The notes under the pieces were generated by a model. The model was not told the origin of the DNA and did not search any database. It saw nothing but the letters and a program-made list of their open reading frames with translations. From positions 457,628 to 489,627 of the forward strand of contig OZ242376.1 in the NCBI GenBank assembly GCA_965209085.1: DNA of 32,000 nt, written 5' to 3'. Position 1 is the stretch's first letter. Each line of letters begins with the position of its first letter. Shown here piece after piece: positions 1 through 8,618 of the stretch. The position numbers and the translations under genes were made by a program. Source of the stretch: Nitrosopumilaceae archaeon. Its GTDB lineage: Archaea; Thermoproteota; Nitrososphaeria; Nitrososphaerales; Nitrosopumilaceae.

Positions 1-2
1 TA

Positions 3-983
3 GGTCCAGAGCTTGCAGATTCTGCCTCTGCTGTAATAAAAACACTGGATGAAAAACTTGGAATAAAAATCACCCTTGCAAAGCTTGCAGCCGGCGATGC
101 GGCCCTAAAAGATCTTGGATCAGCTCTGCCAAAAGAGACCCTGGATAGTATAAAAAATTCCGATGCGTGCCTAAAGGCGCCCGTGGGGGAGAGTGCTGCA
201 AAAGTAATAGTCGTATTGAGGCGCAAACTTGACCTGTATGCAAACCTGCGTCCTGCAAAATCCCATCCTGGAACTGCGGCATTGCGCGATGACATTGACC
301 TGCTGGTGGTGCGCGAGAATACTGAAGATCTTTATTCCGGACACGAAATTGACCTGGGCGATTCTGCAGTCGCACTGCGCATAATTTCAAAAAAAGCATC
401 ACTGCGCATTGCAAAAAACGCATTCGAGTCAGCAGTGCGCCGCTCAAAAGAAAACCCGCTTGTAACGTGCGTCCACAAATCAAACGTAATGCCCATAACG
501 GATGGAATATTCCGCAACGCCTGCTCGCAGGTTGCAAAAAAATATCCAAATGTGCGCCTTGAGCAAATGTACGTGGATGCGTGCGCCATGAACCTCATAC
601 GCCGGCCGCATGAATTTGACGTCATTGTAACAACAAACATGTTTGGCGACATACTCTCAGATGAGTCATCGCAGATTGTAGGCGGGCTTGGAATGGCACC
701 GGCTGCAAACGTCGGCGATGACTTTGCACTCTTTGAGCCAGTACACGGGGCAGCTTTTGATATTGCCGGAAAACAGGAGGCAAACCCATCCTCTTTCATA
801 CTCTCAGTAAAAATGATGCTAGAGTGGCTCTCATCAAAGCACGGCGATGATGCATGCCATACGGCTGCATCAAAGCTTGAAAATGCCGTATACGGGGCCG
901 TACGGGACGGGGCAAAAACTGTGGATATTGGCGGCTCGATGAGCACAGTTGAATTTACCGGCGAGGTATTGCGCAGAATCTAG
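3..983 (+). CDS. isopropylmalate/isocitrate dehydrogenase family protein, 5'-truncated by the window edge
   Basis: Frame 3 is open from the window edge (GPELADSASAVIKTLDEKLG...) to TAG at 981-983. It carries hallmarks of beta-decarboxylating dehydrogenases (YANLRP, NTEDLYSG, TTNMFGDILSDE, GGLGMAPAAN). The ORF-track start at 183 is only the first in-window start codon. IPMDH cannot be told from (homo)isocitrate DH by eye. Confidence 0.85.
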   Translation, partial: GPELADSASAVIKTLDEKLGIKITLAKLAAGDAALKDLGSALPKETLDSIKNSDACLKAPVGESAAKVIVVLRRKLDLYANLRPAKSHPGTAALRDDIDLLVVRENTEDLYSGHEIDLGDSAVALRIISKKASLRIAKNAFESAVRRSKENPLVTCVHKSNVMPITDGIFRNACSQVAKKYPNVRLEQMYVDACAMNLIRRPHEFDVIVTTNMFGDILSDESSQIVGGLGMAPAANVGDDFALFEPVHGAAFDIAGKQEANPSSFILSVKMMLEWLSSKHGDDACHTAASKLENAVYGAVRDGAKTVDIGGSMSTVEFTGEVLRRI

Positions 984-2260
984 GGCCGGAGCCTGTCCGG
1001 ATCCCTTGGGTATAGCACACTCTCGCGTACATTATCCGTTCCTGTCAGCACCGATACAAATCTGTCAAGTCCAAGCCCCCATCCTGAATGTGGCGGCATG
1101 CCCCACTCAAATGTCTCAAGATGATCCGCGAAATTTTCCGGATTCAAACCCTGCTCTATCAGACGCTCTTTGATTGCCTCAGGATCATGCAGCCGCGTTC
1201 CCCCAGATGAGAGCTCCAAATGCCCAAACTGCAAATCAAAAGAGCGCGAGAGCTCCCCCTCTTCGTCTTTTTCGCGTATGTAGAAAGGTTTTAGCTTTAG
1301 CGGCCAGTCTGTTAGAAAATAAAATCCCGGATGGATTTTACCGGCGGTGCGAAGATGCGCATCCTGCAAATCATCTCCGAATTTTAAATCCTCCCCCTCT
1401 GACTGTAACTCCTCTACCAGCTGCGAGTATGTCACCTTTTCAAATGGCCCCTTTGGAGGCGTAATCTGCATACCTAGCGCCTTTTGTTCAACGGTACAGT
1501 TTTCTGACACGTACGAATACGCACAAAGTACAATTTTTTCAAGCACGTCCATTACATCCGTATAATCCATGAATGCCGCTTCAATATCTACAGAGGTAAA
1601 TTCTGTCAGGTGCCTTCCCGTGTGGGAGTTTTCTGCGCGGTAAAAATTTGCAATCTCATATACGCGCTCAAGCCCGAGCGTCATCTGCTCCTTGTACAGC
1701 TGCGGACTTTGTGCCAGGTATGCTGTCTCTCCAAAGTATTCAAGCGAAAACAGGTTTGCTCCACCCTCGCTTGCACTCGCAATAATTTTTGGAGTGGTTA
1801 TCTCTAAAAATCCCTCCTTTTCAATCGTATCCCGTATGGAATGCAGCGCATGGTGTCTAATTTTGAATATGGCCGCAGTCTTTTGATTTCTCATGTCAAG
1901 TGCCCTAGCATTAAGCCTGTTGTCTATGCCGCTTTCTTGCCGTCCAAGCGGGTCAACTGGCAGTTTGCGCGATGCTTGCGCCAAAACGGTTATCTTTTTT
2001 GCCACCACCTCGTAATCATAATCGCGCGCCTTTGTCTCCTGTACCGTACCTGTTACTGCCAGCACGCTCTGCCGTGTCAGATCTTCCGGATACATCTGCC
2101 CGCGCACGACAATCTGTGTAATGCCCGTGCGGTCCCGGAGGGTCAGAAACGAGATTTTTGCCATCTTTCGTATATCCTCAACCCAGCCGCCAAGTCTTAC
2201 ATCAGATCCTACCTTGTCTTTACCAATATCTGCAATATCATCTGACTTGCCAAATCCCAT
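980..2260 (-). CDS. aspS: aspartyl-tRNA synthetase, archaeal type
   Basis: It has an N-terminal OB anticodon-binding domain (VRLGGWVEDIRKMAKISFLTLRDRTG) and a class II core (FYRAENSHTGRHLTEFTSVD, GGTRLHD, GWGLGLDRFV). The start is moved to ATG 2260 (MGFGKSDD...) because the 27 upstream codons are Cys-rich and run into the divergent gene. Confidence 0.95.
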   Translation of the reverse strand: MGFGKSDDIADIGKDKVGSDVRLGGWVEDIRKMAKISFLTLRDRTGITQIVVRGQMYPEDLTRQSVLAVTGTVQETKARDYDYEVVAKKITVLAQASRKLPVDPLGRQESGIDNRLNARALDMRNQKTAAIFKIRHHALHSIRDTIEKEGFLEITTPKIIASASEGGANLFSLEYFGETAYLAQSPQLYKEQMTLGLERVYEIANFYRAENSHTGRHLTEFTSVDIEAAFMDYTDVMDVLEKIVLCAYSYVSENCTVEQKALGMQITPPKGPFEKVTYSQLVEELQSEGEDLKFGDDLQDAHLRTAGKIHPGFYFLTDWPLKLKPFYIREKDEEGELSRSFDLQFGHLELSSGGTRLHDPEAIKERLIEQGLNPENFADHLETFEWGMPPHSGWGLGLDRFVSVLTGTDNVRESVLYPRDPDRLRP

Positions 2261-2341
2261 AATATCGGTGGGTAAAATTCGTTTTATTGAATATTTGCAT
2301 TGTAGGCAAAACAAAAATTGCCCCATACAGCAGCATCTCAC

Positions 2342-3280
2342 ATGGGTCTTGAGGTAAAGGGACTCTCTGTAGAGTATGAGGCAGAGGGGCGGAAAATTTA
2401 CGCGCTTGAAAACGTCACATTTGAGATAAAGGACGGCGAATCAGTCGGCATTGCCGGTGAGAGCGCGTGCGGCAAAAGCACGCTTGGCAGGGCAGTACTG
2501 CGCTCCTTGGACGGGGGCAAGGCAACCTCCGGTTACATCTACGTGGACGGGCAGCAGATTCTTCTCATGCCCGAGGATGAGTTTGACTCTAAATACCGCT
2601 GGAAGATAATCTCAATGGTATTTCAGGCAGCGTCAAGCTCACTTGATCCGGTATTTTCAATAAAAAAACAATTCCATCAGATACTGCAGCGTCACAGCTT
2701 TAAAGGGAACCGCGATGAGATATCTGCTGCATCCTTAAAGTCAGTCGGCCTTGATGCAAACGTGCTTGAAAAATTCCCGCACGAGCTGAGCGGGGGAATG
2801 AAACAGCGCGTGGCAGTGGCGATGGCCACGATACTTTGTCCAAAACTGATAATTGCAGACGAGCCGACCACCGCACTTGATGTCATACTGCAGGCGCAGA
2901 TTGTAAACCTTTTCAAAGATCTTAAAAAACGCGGCGTCTCCATACTGTTCATCACACACGATCTGTGCGTACTCTCTGAAATTGCCGACAAGATTGGAAT
3001 AATGTACGCCGGAGAAATGGTGGAGTTTGGAAATTTGCGCGACGTATACGAGAACCCTTTGCATCCGTACACTGCAGGACTTTTAAAATCAGTACCACGG
3101 CTTGATGGAAAAAAACCCGAATTCATACCGGGAGTGCCGCCGGATCTTTCAAACCCTCCGAAAGGATGCAGGTTTGCCAGCAGGTGTCCAAAAGTAATGG
3201 AAAAATGTTCAACAGCTTCGCCGGATTTTCACACAAAATCCGGATTTGTAAAATGCTGGCTGTATGATCCAAAAAAATAG
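2342..3280 (+). CDS. ABC transporter ATP-binding protein, oligopeptide/dipeptide (OppD/DppD-like) type
   Basis: Walker A is GESACGKST, the signature is LSGGMKQRV, Walker B is LIIADEPTTALD and the H-loop is ITHD. A C-terminal Opp/Dpp-type extension is present (HPYTAGLLKSVP...GCRFASRCP). The start is taken at ATG 2342 (MGLEVKGLSVEY). Confidence 0.9.
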   Translation: MGLEVKGLSVEYEAEGRKIYALENVTFEIKDGESVGIAGESACGKSTLGRAVLRSLDGGKATSGYIYVDGQQILLMPEDEFDSKYRWKIISMVFQAASSSLDPVFSIKKQFHQILQRHSFKGNRDEISAASLKSVGLDANVLEKFPHELSGGMKQRVAVAMATILCPKLIIADEPTTALDVILQAQIVNLFKDLKKRGVSILFITHDLCVLSEIADKIGIMYAGEMVEFGNLRDVYENPLHPYTAGLLKSVPRLDGKKPEFIPGVPPDLSNPPKGCRFASRCPKVMEKCSTASPDFHTKSGFVKCWLYDPKK

Positions 3281-3281
3281 T

Positions 3282-3749
3282 CTATGAATGTTTTCTGACC
3301 AGACGCGTGCACGTATCTATGATTCGTAAAACTTCGGTGCGGACAACTTTTCTGTCAATTGAAACCCATATGGTAATTTTTTTTATGGTAAATGCAATCG
3401 TCTGCACTTTTTCACGCTCCTCCCAGACAAATTCAACATTGCCCAGACTTTTGTCAAAAAATGATTCCATGTCATTTTTGAGGGCAACCTGGGAAAAATG
3501 ATATTTTGTACTGTTTTCATCCATCATGGGCTTTAGATTCTGTCTTCTTTTGTACGCCAAAAGCTCGCCCTTTGATCCTATTGCCCCTGCAAACCTGACA
3601 TGCGGACTAGATCTTGTTATAATGTCCAGTATCTCCCCGTACTTTCTTTGCGTCATCAAATATTCGTATATTTGGTGGTTTTTAACAATTTCCAAAAATC
3701 CCCCTCGTGCATCTCTTATGATTAAATAGTTCGTGAGTAGATGCACCAT
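3282..3749 (-). CDS. hypothetical protein
   Basis: This is a 155-codon ORF filling the gap between two confident genes, with balanced amino-acid composition. I recognise no motif; a roadblock/LC7-like fold is only a guess. Confidence 0.5.
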   Translation of the reverse strand: MVHLLTNYLIIRDARGGFLEIVKNHQIYEYLMTQRKYGEILDIITRSSPHVRFAGAIGSKGELLAYKRRQNLKPMMDENSTKYHFSQVALKNDMESFFDKSLGNVEFVWEEREKVQTIAFTIKKITIWVSIDRKVVRTEVLRIIDTCTRLVRKHS

Positions 3750-3751
3750 TA

Positions 3752-4384
3752 ATGGACATTACGGATCTGCTCCCGTTCTCCCCCCAGGTAGGATACGTGG
3801 GTCTTGCATTGGTCAGTTTTTTTCTCTCACTCATCCCGTTTGTACCCCTGCCCTCTTTTGCATTTCTTGCAACAATGTCTGCCGGCGATACGTACAATCT
3901 GCACCTGCTGGCCGTAATATCTGCTGTATTTGCCGCAACTGCAAAACTGTTCATCTTTTACATCGGGTATAGCGGCAGGCGCATTATGAAAAAATCAACG
4001 GTCAAAAGAATGCGTCCAATTGAGAGGGTGGTGAAAAAATACGGGGCAGCAGCTGCATTTATCGCAGCTGCAACTCCGATACCTGATGATCTGATATACA
4101 TCCCACTGGGTCTTGCGCGTTACAATCCTTTGCGGTTCTTTCTTTACACGCTTGCCGGAAAATTTGTAATTTCATATGTGACGATAATAGCTGCACACCA
4201 TCTTGGTCCGTCCGTTTTGGGCGGACTCACCGCGCGCATTGACAATTCCACGGATGTGTACATTGCAGTCGGATTTCTGGTGGTAATACTTGGAATCATA
4301 GTGGCACTGATGATTTTTATCGACTGGACAAAAATCATCGGGCGGTTTGCGCCCTGGGCGCTCGAGGATGAAGAAGACAAGTAA
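3752..4384 (+). CDS. DedA / SNARE-associated (VTT-domain) family membrane protein
   Basis: It has several hydrophobic helices. The central region (IAAATPIPDDLIYIPLGLARYNPLRFFLYTLAGKFV) resembles the DedA/VTT core. Confidence 0.7.
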   Translation: MDITDLLPFSPQVGYVGLALVSFFLSLIPFVPLPSFAFLATMSAGDTYNLHLLAVISAVFAATAKLFIFYIGYSGRRIMKKSTVKRMRPIERVVKKYGAAAAFIAAATPIPDDLIYIPLGLARYNPLRFFLYTLAGKFVISYVTIIAAHHLGPSVLGGLTARIDNSTDVYIAVGFLVVILGIIVALMIFIDWTKIIGRFAPWALEDEEDK

Positions 4385-5522
4385 AATTCCACATTTTTGT
4401 ATTTCCGCAGCTTATACCTATGCGCGCTGATGATTTTATACCGTAAACTTTGACTCCGTTTGCAACATAGAGCGAATCTGATTTTGTAAGATCCTCGCCG
4501 TACTGGGATTTTGTAATCCTCATTGCCTGTGCAATCTTTGCCGGTCCATCAGCTATGCCACGAAGGGGTGATTTTGCGCCTTTGCGGGATGCGTTTCTGT
4601 TGCGCTCCATGGTTTTTACGCCTTCAAGCGGCTCAATAGCGCGCACTAGTACGGCACCAGCTTTGGACGTCTTGGATTTTGCCACAATGTTAAAGCAGTA
4701 ATGCATGCCGTACGTAAAATACACGTACGCCATGCCGCATTCCCCGAACATTGCCCCATTCCTTGCAGTCTCCCCGCCGTACGCGTGGCTTGCCTCATCG
4801 TCTGCATGCCTGTACGCTTCAGTTTCAGTTATAATTCCGGACATGACAGTATTCCCAACGCGCCTGACAAGTTTCTTCCCAAGCAGTCCTTTTGCAACCC
4901 TGACAGTGTCCCTGCGGTAAAACAATCTTGAAAGTGGTGCCGAATGCGTAATCTTTGCAATCTCTGCAATGTCTTTTTTTAATACCGGCCAAAGTTTGCG
5001 GTTGTATATTACTGCCGCCGGATGCACCGTTGGATAATATCTTACGCCATCCTGTATCGTAATTTTCCCACGATTTTCAGTAATACCGTTTTTTCCAAGA
5101 ACTGACTGCAGCGCGGTGTTTCCCATCACGCATACGGTATCCGGTTTCAGGGCTGCAATTTCTTCTTTCAGGTATGCTGCGCACGCTGCCCGCTCGTCAT
5201 CTTTTGGCACCCTGTTTTTTGGCGGCCTGCATTTTACCACGTTTGTAATGTAAACTGAATCCCTCAAGAGTCCGGCAAACTTTAGAGCATCATCCAGTTT
5301 TTTTCCAGCAGAACCGGCAAACGGTCTGCCGCGCAAATCCTCGCTTCTCCCCGGAGCCTCGCCGATAAACATTATCCTCGCATGCGCACTTCCATCTCCT
5401 GGAACTGACATTTTTCTTGTTTTGCATAAAGGGCATTTTGTGCAGGATCTTACCTTTTTTGCTATATCCTCAAGTGTGCCGTATTTTGAGCTCCCCACAC
5501 ATGTGCATTTTATACGCGACAA
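4335..5522 (-). CDS. fusion protein: family-4 uracil-DNA glycosylase (N-terminal) + 3-methyladenine/alkyladenine DNA glycosylase of the MPG/AAG family (C-terminal)
   Basis: The N-terminal half has CTKCPLC, the GEAPG motif, VKCRPPKNR and HPAA (UDG family 4 with Fe-S cysteines). The C-terminal half has FYRRDTVRVAKGLLGKKL, GIITETEAYRHADDEASHAYGGETARNGAMFGECGMAYVYFTYGMHYCFNIV, GAVLVRAIEP, GPAKIAQAM and RIGIS (MPG family). It is a single uninterrupted 395-codon frame. Confidence 0.9.
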   Translation of the reverse strand: MSRIKCTCVGSSKYGTLEDIAKKVRSCTKCPLCKTRKMSVPGDGSAHARIMFIGEAPGRSEDLRGRPFAGSAGKKLDDALKFAGLLRDSVYITNVVKCRPPKNRVPKDDERAACAAYLKEEIAALKPDTVCVMGNTALQSVLGKNGITENRGKITIQDGVRYYPTVHPAAVIYNRKLWPVLKKDIAEIAKITHSAPLSRLFYRRDTVRVAKGLLGKKLVRRVGNTVMSGIITETEAYRHADDEASHAYGGETARNGAMFGECGMAYVYFTYGMHYCFNIVAKSKTSKAGAVLVRAIEPLEGVKTMERNRNASRKGAKSPLRGIADGPAKIAQAMRITKSQYGEDLTKSDSLYVANGVKVYGIKSSARIGISCGNTKMWNFTCLLHPRAPRAQTAR

Positions 5523-5536
5523 ATATCTCTTGCATT

Positions 5537-5698
5537 CTAGCTGCTGTCTGAGAGGGCGGGCATTGTAAAGAAAAACTCGTCCTCAAAACCATAGTCTGCG
5601 CGTCCGCTGCGCCGCAAATATGTGAAATATTTCTCAGCATTCGGGTAAAACTGCCCATTATCGCTCATACTGTAACTTGCAATTGGGGGTTTTTTCAT
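5537..5698 (-). CDS. possible small protein (53 aa) upstream of the glycosylase gene
   Basis: ATG at 5698 gives MKKPPIASYSMSDNGQFYPNAEKYFTYLRRSGRADYGFEDEFFFTMPALSDSS, and the stop lies 14 nt before the glycosylase start. This is the only part of the 163-aa track ORF that does not overlap the PIN gene. No homology recognised. Confidence 0.2.
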   Translation of the reverse strand: MKKPPIASYSMSDNGQFYPNAEKYFTYLRRSGRADYGFEDEFFFTMPALSDSS

Positions 5699-5794
5699 AC
5701 ATGGTAAGCGATTATAGTCAAAGCGGGTTAATTTTATCAACTGAACCCTTGGGGATGCGTTAAAATCATAAGGGACTCTAATACGGTATAATTC

Positions 5795-7633
5795 ATGGGC
5801 GATATGGTGTTTGATACAAGCGCAGTGATAAACGGACAAATGATAAAACTTGCAAAATCTGGAGCAATAAAGGACTCTAATGTGATAATCCTTACGGCAG
5901 TAATGGATGAGCTTGTATCGCAGGCGTCTTTGAAAAAAGATTCCGGCTCGGAGGGACTGCGGCAGATAAGTCTGCTGCGCGAGGGCAAAGACCGGTTTTG
6001 TGCCAAGATTATCTTTGAGGGCCGCCATCCAAGCGCTGAGGAGATAAGCCTTGCAAGACGGGGCCGGATGGATGCGCTAATCCGGGACGAGGCAGCAGAA
6101 CGCGGAGCAGAATTGTGCACCTCTGATGTATTGCAATACGAGGCTGCAAAGGCGCAGGGTGCTTCAACAAGGCTATTGCTTGAAAAATCCGACGGCGTGA
6201 TGAATTTTCTAAAATATTTTGATGCAGATACGATGAGCATCCATCTAAAAGAGGGAATGATACCGCTTGCAAAAAGAGGCAAACCCGGGGATTTTCAGCT
6301 TCTCAAAGCAGGGGATAAAATCCTGGACAAAAAAGATATAATTGAGACATTCTCGCAGATACTCTCAAGTCCTGAAGTTGCCGAATCCGGAACGGAGATA
6401 TCAAAGCGCGGCGCCACCGTGGTGCAGTATCTGGATTACCGCGTGGCCTTTACGCGCCCGCCGCTCTCTGAAAAATGCGAGCTGACAATTGTACACCCGA
6501 CGATAACAATGAAACTTGAAGATTACCACCTCACTGAAAAACTTTTGAATCGGTTATCTGACTCTGCTGAAGGCGTGGTGGTGGCCGGCTCTCCGGGTTC
6601 GGGAAAAAGCACGTTTGCCTCAGCACTGGCAAACTTTTACAACGCAAAAAACCGCATCGTTAAAACATTTGAATCCCCAAGGGATCTAAAAGTGGATGGC
6701 GGAGTTACCCAGTATGCAAAACTTGACGGCAGCTTTGAGAATACGGCGGACATTTTACTGCTGGTTCGGCCCGATTATACAATATTTGACGAGGTTCGGC
6801 GGTATGATGATTTTAAAATCTTCTCGGATCTGCGTCTGGCAGGCGTAGGAATGGTGGGTGTCGTCCATGCAAGCACGCCCATTGACTCTGTACAGCGGTT
6901 TGTGGGAAAGATTGAGCTTGGAATAATACCGCACGTAATTGACACTGTCGTATTTGTTAAAGACGGCCAAATTCAAAACGTCTATTCACTCTCCCTTACA
7001 GTAAAGGTGCCTTCGGGAATGACAGAGCAGGACCTGGCCCGCCCCGTAGTGCAGATATCTGACTTTGAGAGCGGCTCCCCCCGCTATGAAATTTACACGT
7101 TTGGCGAGGAAAACGTCGTCATGCCAGTATCTGAGAGTGCGCAAACTGGCACCGCAGTGGACCGGCTTGCAGAAAAAGCGGTACTTGATGCGATCACGCG
7201 GTACGACCCCACAGCTAGCGTTTCAATAGTATCCCCCGGCCGCGCGCAGGTTCGCGTCTCTGCACAACACATGGCGCGCATCATCGGCCGGTCCGGATCA
7301 AATGTCATGCATCTTGAGCGCACGCTTGGAATTAAACTGGACATACAAAAACACGGAAACTCTGGAAACGGATACGATACGCCGTATGATGATAAGGATT
7401 TTGATTCCGGCACCGGAGAGGTGCCGTTTTCCTATGATGAGATTCGCAATTCCATTCTGATCAAAGTGGATCCTGAGCATGCCGGAGGGCAGGCTGACAT
7501 TTACGTAAACGGTGAAATCATCGCCACCTCGCGCGTTGGCCCAAAGGGCAATGTAAAATTTTCAAAAAAAGGCCAAGCATCAAGGAAAATTGCAAACGCA
7601 TCTGATCTTTCGGTACAAATCAGAGATCGTTAA
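5795..7633 (+). CDS. PIN-domain / PilT-like ATPase / KH-domain protein (COG1855-type archaeal ATPase)
   Basis: It has an N-terminal PIN-like start (VFDTSAVINGQ...), Walker A GSPGSGKST, Walker B-like IFDEVR, and a C-terminal KH motif (IIGRSGSNVMHLERTLGIKLDI). Confidence 0.85.
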   Translation: MGDMVFDTSAVINGQMIKLAKSGAIKDSNVIILTAVMDELVSQASLKKDSGSEGLRQISLLREGKDRFCAKIIFEGRHPSAEEISLARRGRMDALIRDEAAERGAELCTSDVLQYEAAKAQGASTRLLLEKSDGVMNFLKYFDADTMSIHLKEGMIPLAKRGKPGDFQLLKAGDKILDKKDIIETFSQILSSPEVAESGTEISKRGATVVQYLDYRVAFTRPPLSEKCELTIVHPTITMKLEDYHLTEKLLNRLSDSAEGVVVAGSPGSGKSTFASALANFYNAKNRIVKTFESPRDLKVDGGVTQYAKLDGSFENTADILLLVRPDYTIFDEVRRYDDFKIFSDLRLAGVGMVGVVHASTPIDSVQRFVGKIELGIIPHVIDTVVFVKDGQIQNVYSLSLTVKVPSGMTEQDLARPVVQISDFESGSPRYEIYTFGEENVVMPVSESAQTGTAVDRLAEKAVLDAITRYDPTASVSIVSPGRAQVRVSAQHMARIIGRSGSNVMHLERTLGIKLDIQKHGNSGNGYDTPYDDKDFDSGTGEVPFSYDEIRNSILIKVDPEHAGGQADIYVNGEIIATSRVGPKGNVKFSKKGQASRKIANASDLSVQIRDR

Positions 7634-8084
7634 AACGCTTCAACAGTCTTGGGTCAGAGCGCACAAACGCTAAAAACTTGCGCAGACGTCTTATCGTTTT
7701 GGGATTAAGATGGTGCTCTATGCCCTCTGCATCCTGGTTTGCCACTGCACTCTCCACCCCGAGTATCTCAAAAAACTCCAACAGTATGCTGTGTTTTTGT
7801 CTGACAGCGCGCGCCAGATTTGCCCCTTTTTTTGTCAGGTTTATTCCACGATATCTCTCATATCTGAGATATTTTCCATCATCAAGCCTGTGCAGCATTT
7901 TTGTAACACTTGGGGCGCTCACGTCCATGTATCTTGATATATCCAAGGTGGTGGCATACCCCTTTAGGTCCACCAGTTCTGCAATCACTTCAAGATAATC
8001 CTCCATGCGGATGCTAGATGTGCCGTGCGCTGATCTGTGTGCGGCCTTTATTGATTCAAGTCTCTCCTCTGAGCTTTTATCCAT
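7620..8084 (-). CDS. DtxR/MntR-family metal-dependent transcriptional repressor
   Basis: It has a winged-HTH (MEDYLEVIAELVDLKGYATTLDISRYMDVSAPSVTKMLHRLDDGKYL), then the dimerisation/metal region (LTKKGANLARAVRQKHSILLEFFEILGV...DAEGIEHHL). ATG 8084 is preferred over GTG 8099. Confidence 0.85.
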   Translation of the reverse strand: MDKSSEERLESIKAAHRSAHGTSSIRMEDYLEVIAELVDLKGYATTLDISRYMDVSAPSVTKMLHRLDDGKYLRYERYRGINLTKKGANLARAVRQKHSILLEFFEILGVESAVANQDAEGIEHHLNPKTIRRLRKFLAFVRSDPRLLKRFNDL

Positions 8085-8217
8085 CGTATATATGCGCACA
8101 CTAGGGTCGTATAACTTTTGTATCCTTGAATGTTGTCAAAATTAACACGCAGGTAAACTGCATTGATCGGCGGGGATTAACCGTATTTTGTGCCAAAAAC
8201 ATACGTTGAGTGAAAAT

Positions 8218-8550
8218 ATGGCAAAAACACTGGCAATGATAAAGGCGCATTCAGCCTCTGTCAAGCGGCGGGCCAGCATGTACGGCGAAATTGCCAATGT
8301 GACAGATGCCAAAGTCTCTGAGATATCCTCGCTAAACCGCTCGCCAAAGACTGGAAAACATATGCAGAAAATCGGCTTTATCATGATGTGGATACCTGAA
8401 CCCACGGGTGTTACGTGCGCAGTTGGAGCTCCAATGATTTTGGCCGGACGGTATCTTGACAAGAGAAGCGGCGGCTCCATATCTGATGTAACAGACGGTG
8501 CAAAGAGCGCACTTGATGGGGTAACTAGCGTGCACAATTCTATGATTTAG
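8218..8550 (+). CDS. hypothetical small protein with one hydrophobic segment
   Basis: ATG at 8218 gives MAKTLAMIKAHSASVKRR...IGFIMMWIPEPTGVTCAVGAPMILAG.... It reads more protein-like than the antisense 131-aa ORF and is divergent from the DtxR-family gene. No motif recognised. Confidence 0.4.
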   Translation: MAKTLAMIKAHSASVKRRASMYGEIANVTDAKVSEISSLNRSPKTGKHMQKIGFIMMWIPEPTGVTCAVGAPMILAGRYLDKRSGGSISDVTDGAKSALDGVTSVHNSMI

Positions 8551-8618
8551 ATTGGCAAATTTTGCACGCCTAAAATTACTACCCTTGGTTTTTAAATGAC
8601 GCAGGATGTTAAAACCGC

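Noticed and set aside
332-946. Long antisense or alternative-frame ORFs inside confidently identified genes. Examples are 70-549(-), 332-946(-), 1841-2245(+), 5737-6282(-), 9837-10271(-), 11086-11700(+), 24011-24541(+), 25648-25995(+), 28947-29534(-) and 30660-30923(+).
   Set aside because: Each is fully overlapped by an ORF with clear family motifs on the other strand or frame. Their translations are low-complexity (Ser/Pro/Cys/Arg-rich) with no recognisable domains.
4335-4384. 50-nt convergent overlap between the DedA-like gene and the glycosylase gene, considered as a sign of a mis-called stop or frameshift.
   Set aside because: Both frames read through cleanly to their stops, and the MPG domain is already complete (RIGIS...WNF) before the overlap. 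A short non-conserved C-terminal tail is the simplest explanation.
5537-6028. Full 163-aa minus-strand ORF upstream of the glycosylase gene.
   Set aside because: Its 5' two-thirds overlaps the PIN-ATPase gene start and is His/Cys/Tyr-rich junk. Only the last 53 codons (5537-5698) lie in free intergenic space, and those are listed separately at low confidence.
8142-8537. 131-aa minus-strand ORF opposite the 8218-8550 ORF.
   Set aside because: The composition is Pro/Ser/Cys-rich and there is no start context. The plus-strand frame looks more protein-like. Neither has homology support, so the choice is tentative.
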